Assembly: GCA_026770705.1 (NCBI GenBank)
Contig: JANJGN010000034.1
Location: 15,872,001 to 15,936,000, forward strand
DNA from: Isurus oxyrinchus
Taxonomy: Eukaryota
Direction of reading: 5' to 3'
DNA: 64,000 nucleotides
Shown piece by piece: positions 62,801-64,000 of this stretch. The first letter of the stretch is position 1; every line of letters begins with the position of its first letter. The translations under genes were made by a program, and so were the position numbers. The notes below the pieces were generated by a model, which saw nothing but the letters and a program-made list of their open reading frames with translations, did not search any database and was not told the DNA's origin.

Positions 62801-64000
62801 TGTTGTAGGGTCTGGAGGAGGTTACAGAGATAGTGAGGGTTGTAGGGTCTGGAGGTGGTTACAGAGATAGGGAGGGTTGTAGGGGCTGGAGGAGTTTACA
62901 GAGACTGGGTGGTTTGTAGGGTCTGGAGCAGGTTACAGAGATAGGGAGGGTTGTAGGGTCTGGAGGTGTTTACAGAGATAGGGAGGGTTGTAGGGTCTGG
63001 AGGAGATTACAGAGATAGGGAGGGTTGTAGGGTCTGGAGGTGGTTACAGAGATAGGGAGGGTTGTAGGGTCTGGAGGAGGTTACAGAAAAAGGGAGATTT
63101 GTAGGGTCTGGAGGAGTTTACAGAGATAGGGAGGATAGTAGGGGCTGGAGCAGGTTACAGAGATAGGGAGGATTTTAGGGGCTGGAGGAGGTTACAGAGA
63201 TAGGGAGGATTGTAGGTTCTGGAGGAGGATGCAGAGATAGGGAGGGTTGTAGAGTCTGGAGGAGGTTACAGAGATAGGGAGGATTGTAGGTTCTGGAGGA
63301 GGTTACAGACATAGGGAGGGTTGTAGGGTCTGGAGGAGGTTACAGAGATAGTGTGGGTTCTGGGGCCGGAGGAGGTTACAGAGATAGGGAGGGTTGTAGG
63401 GGCTGGAGCAGGTTACAGAGATAGGGAGGTTTGTAGGGTCTGGAGGAGGTTACAGAGATAGGGAGGTTTCTGCGGCTGGAGGAGGTTACAGAGATAGGGA
63501 GGGTTGTAGGGGCTGGAGGAGGTTACAGAGATAGGGAGGTTTCTGGGGCTGGAGGAGGTTACAGAGATAGGGAGGATGGTAGGGGCTGGAGGAGGTTACA
63601 GAGATAGGGAGGGTTCTGGGGCTGGAGGAGGTTACTGAGATAGGGAGGGTTGTAGAGGCTGGAGGCAGTTACAGAGATAGGGAGGATTGTAGGGTCTGGA
63701 GGTGGTTACAGATAAAGGGAGGGTTGAAGGGTCTGGAGGAGGTTACAGAGATAAGGAGGGTTCTGGAGCTGGAGGAGGTTACAGAGATAGGGAGGGTTGT
63801 AGGGGCTGGAGCAGGTTACAGAGATAGGGATGATTGTAGAGGCTGGAGGAGTTTACAGAGATAGGGAGGGTTCTGGGGCTGGAGCAGGTTATAGAGGTAG
63901 GGAGGGTTGTAGGTTCTGGAGGAGGTTACAGAGATAGGGAGCGTTCTGGGGCTGGAGGAGGTTACAGAGATAGGGAGGGTCCTGGAGCTGGAGGAGGTTA
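50806..64000 (+). repeat. Macrosatellite: four or more tandem units of 2.85-3.6 kb
   Basis: The same ORF-track entry recurs at 50994, 53847, 57401 and 61023 (spacings 2853, 3554, 3622). Length differences come from an internal 37-bp array (about 52585-53075, 55435-56630, 58980-60250, 62610-64000). Confidence 0.95.
51020..51453 (-). mobile_element. Putative LTR with an adjacent polypurine tract (repeated in each macrosatellite unit)
   Basis: The minus strand begins TGGTCAG directly after a G-run (PPT-like), contains TTTAA and AATAA-like motifs in the expected order, and ends ..cccccaaCA. Confidence 0.4.

Overview
Vertebrate genomic DNA, most likely from a shark or other cartilaginous fish. 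That assignment is inferred from the Penelope, CR1, Tx1 and SINE repeat families and their derived minisatellites; nothing was searched. All exon and element boundaries were read by eye. From left to right: (1) Two tandemly duplicated + strand genes for single-IgV, B7/butyrophilin-like type I membrane proteins. Copy A (347-3904) lacks its 5' exons in this window; copy B spans about 17800-28018. Their V domains diverge on the presumed ligand-binding face. (2) Between them lie a U1 snRNA copy with an altered 5' end, a decayed replication-dependent histone cluster (H1, H4 and H3 remnants), 43-bp and 36-bp minisatellites, and Penelope, CR1 and Tx1 elements. (3) A triplicated mosaic of TE fragments and minisatellite at about 28.1-33.7 kb. 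(4) A complete - strand BTG3/BTG4-type gene of 240 aa, with a CArG/CRE/GC-box promoter near 43.6 kb. (5) Candidate first coding exons of an unidentified + strand membrane-anchored protein at 48.7-49.8 kb. (6) A 2.9-3.6 kb macrosatellite from about 50.8 kb to the window end, each unit carrying an LTR-like segment and a 70-bp-arm hairpin. The Penelope ends carry a minimal hammerhead-ribozyme fold with a recurring non-canonical core. There is no CRISPR array or prokaryotic system.
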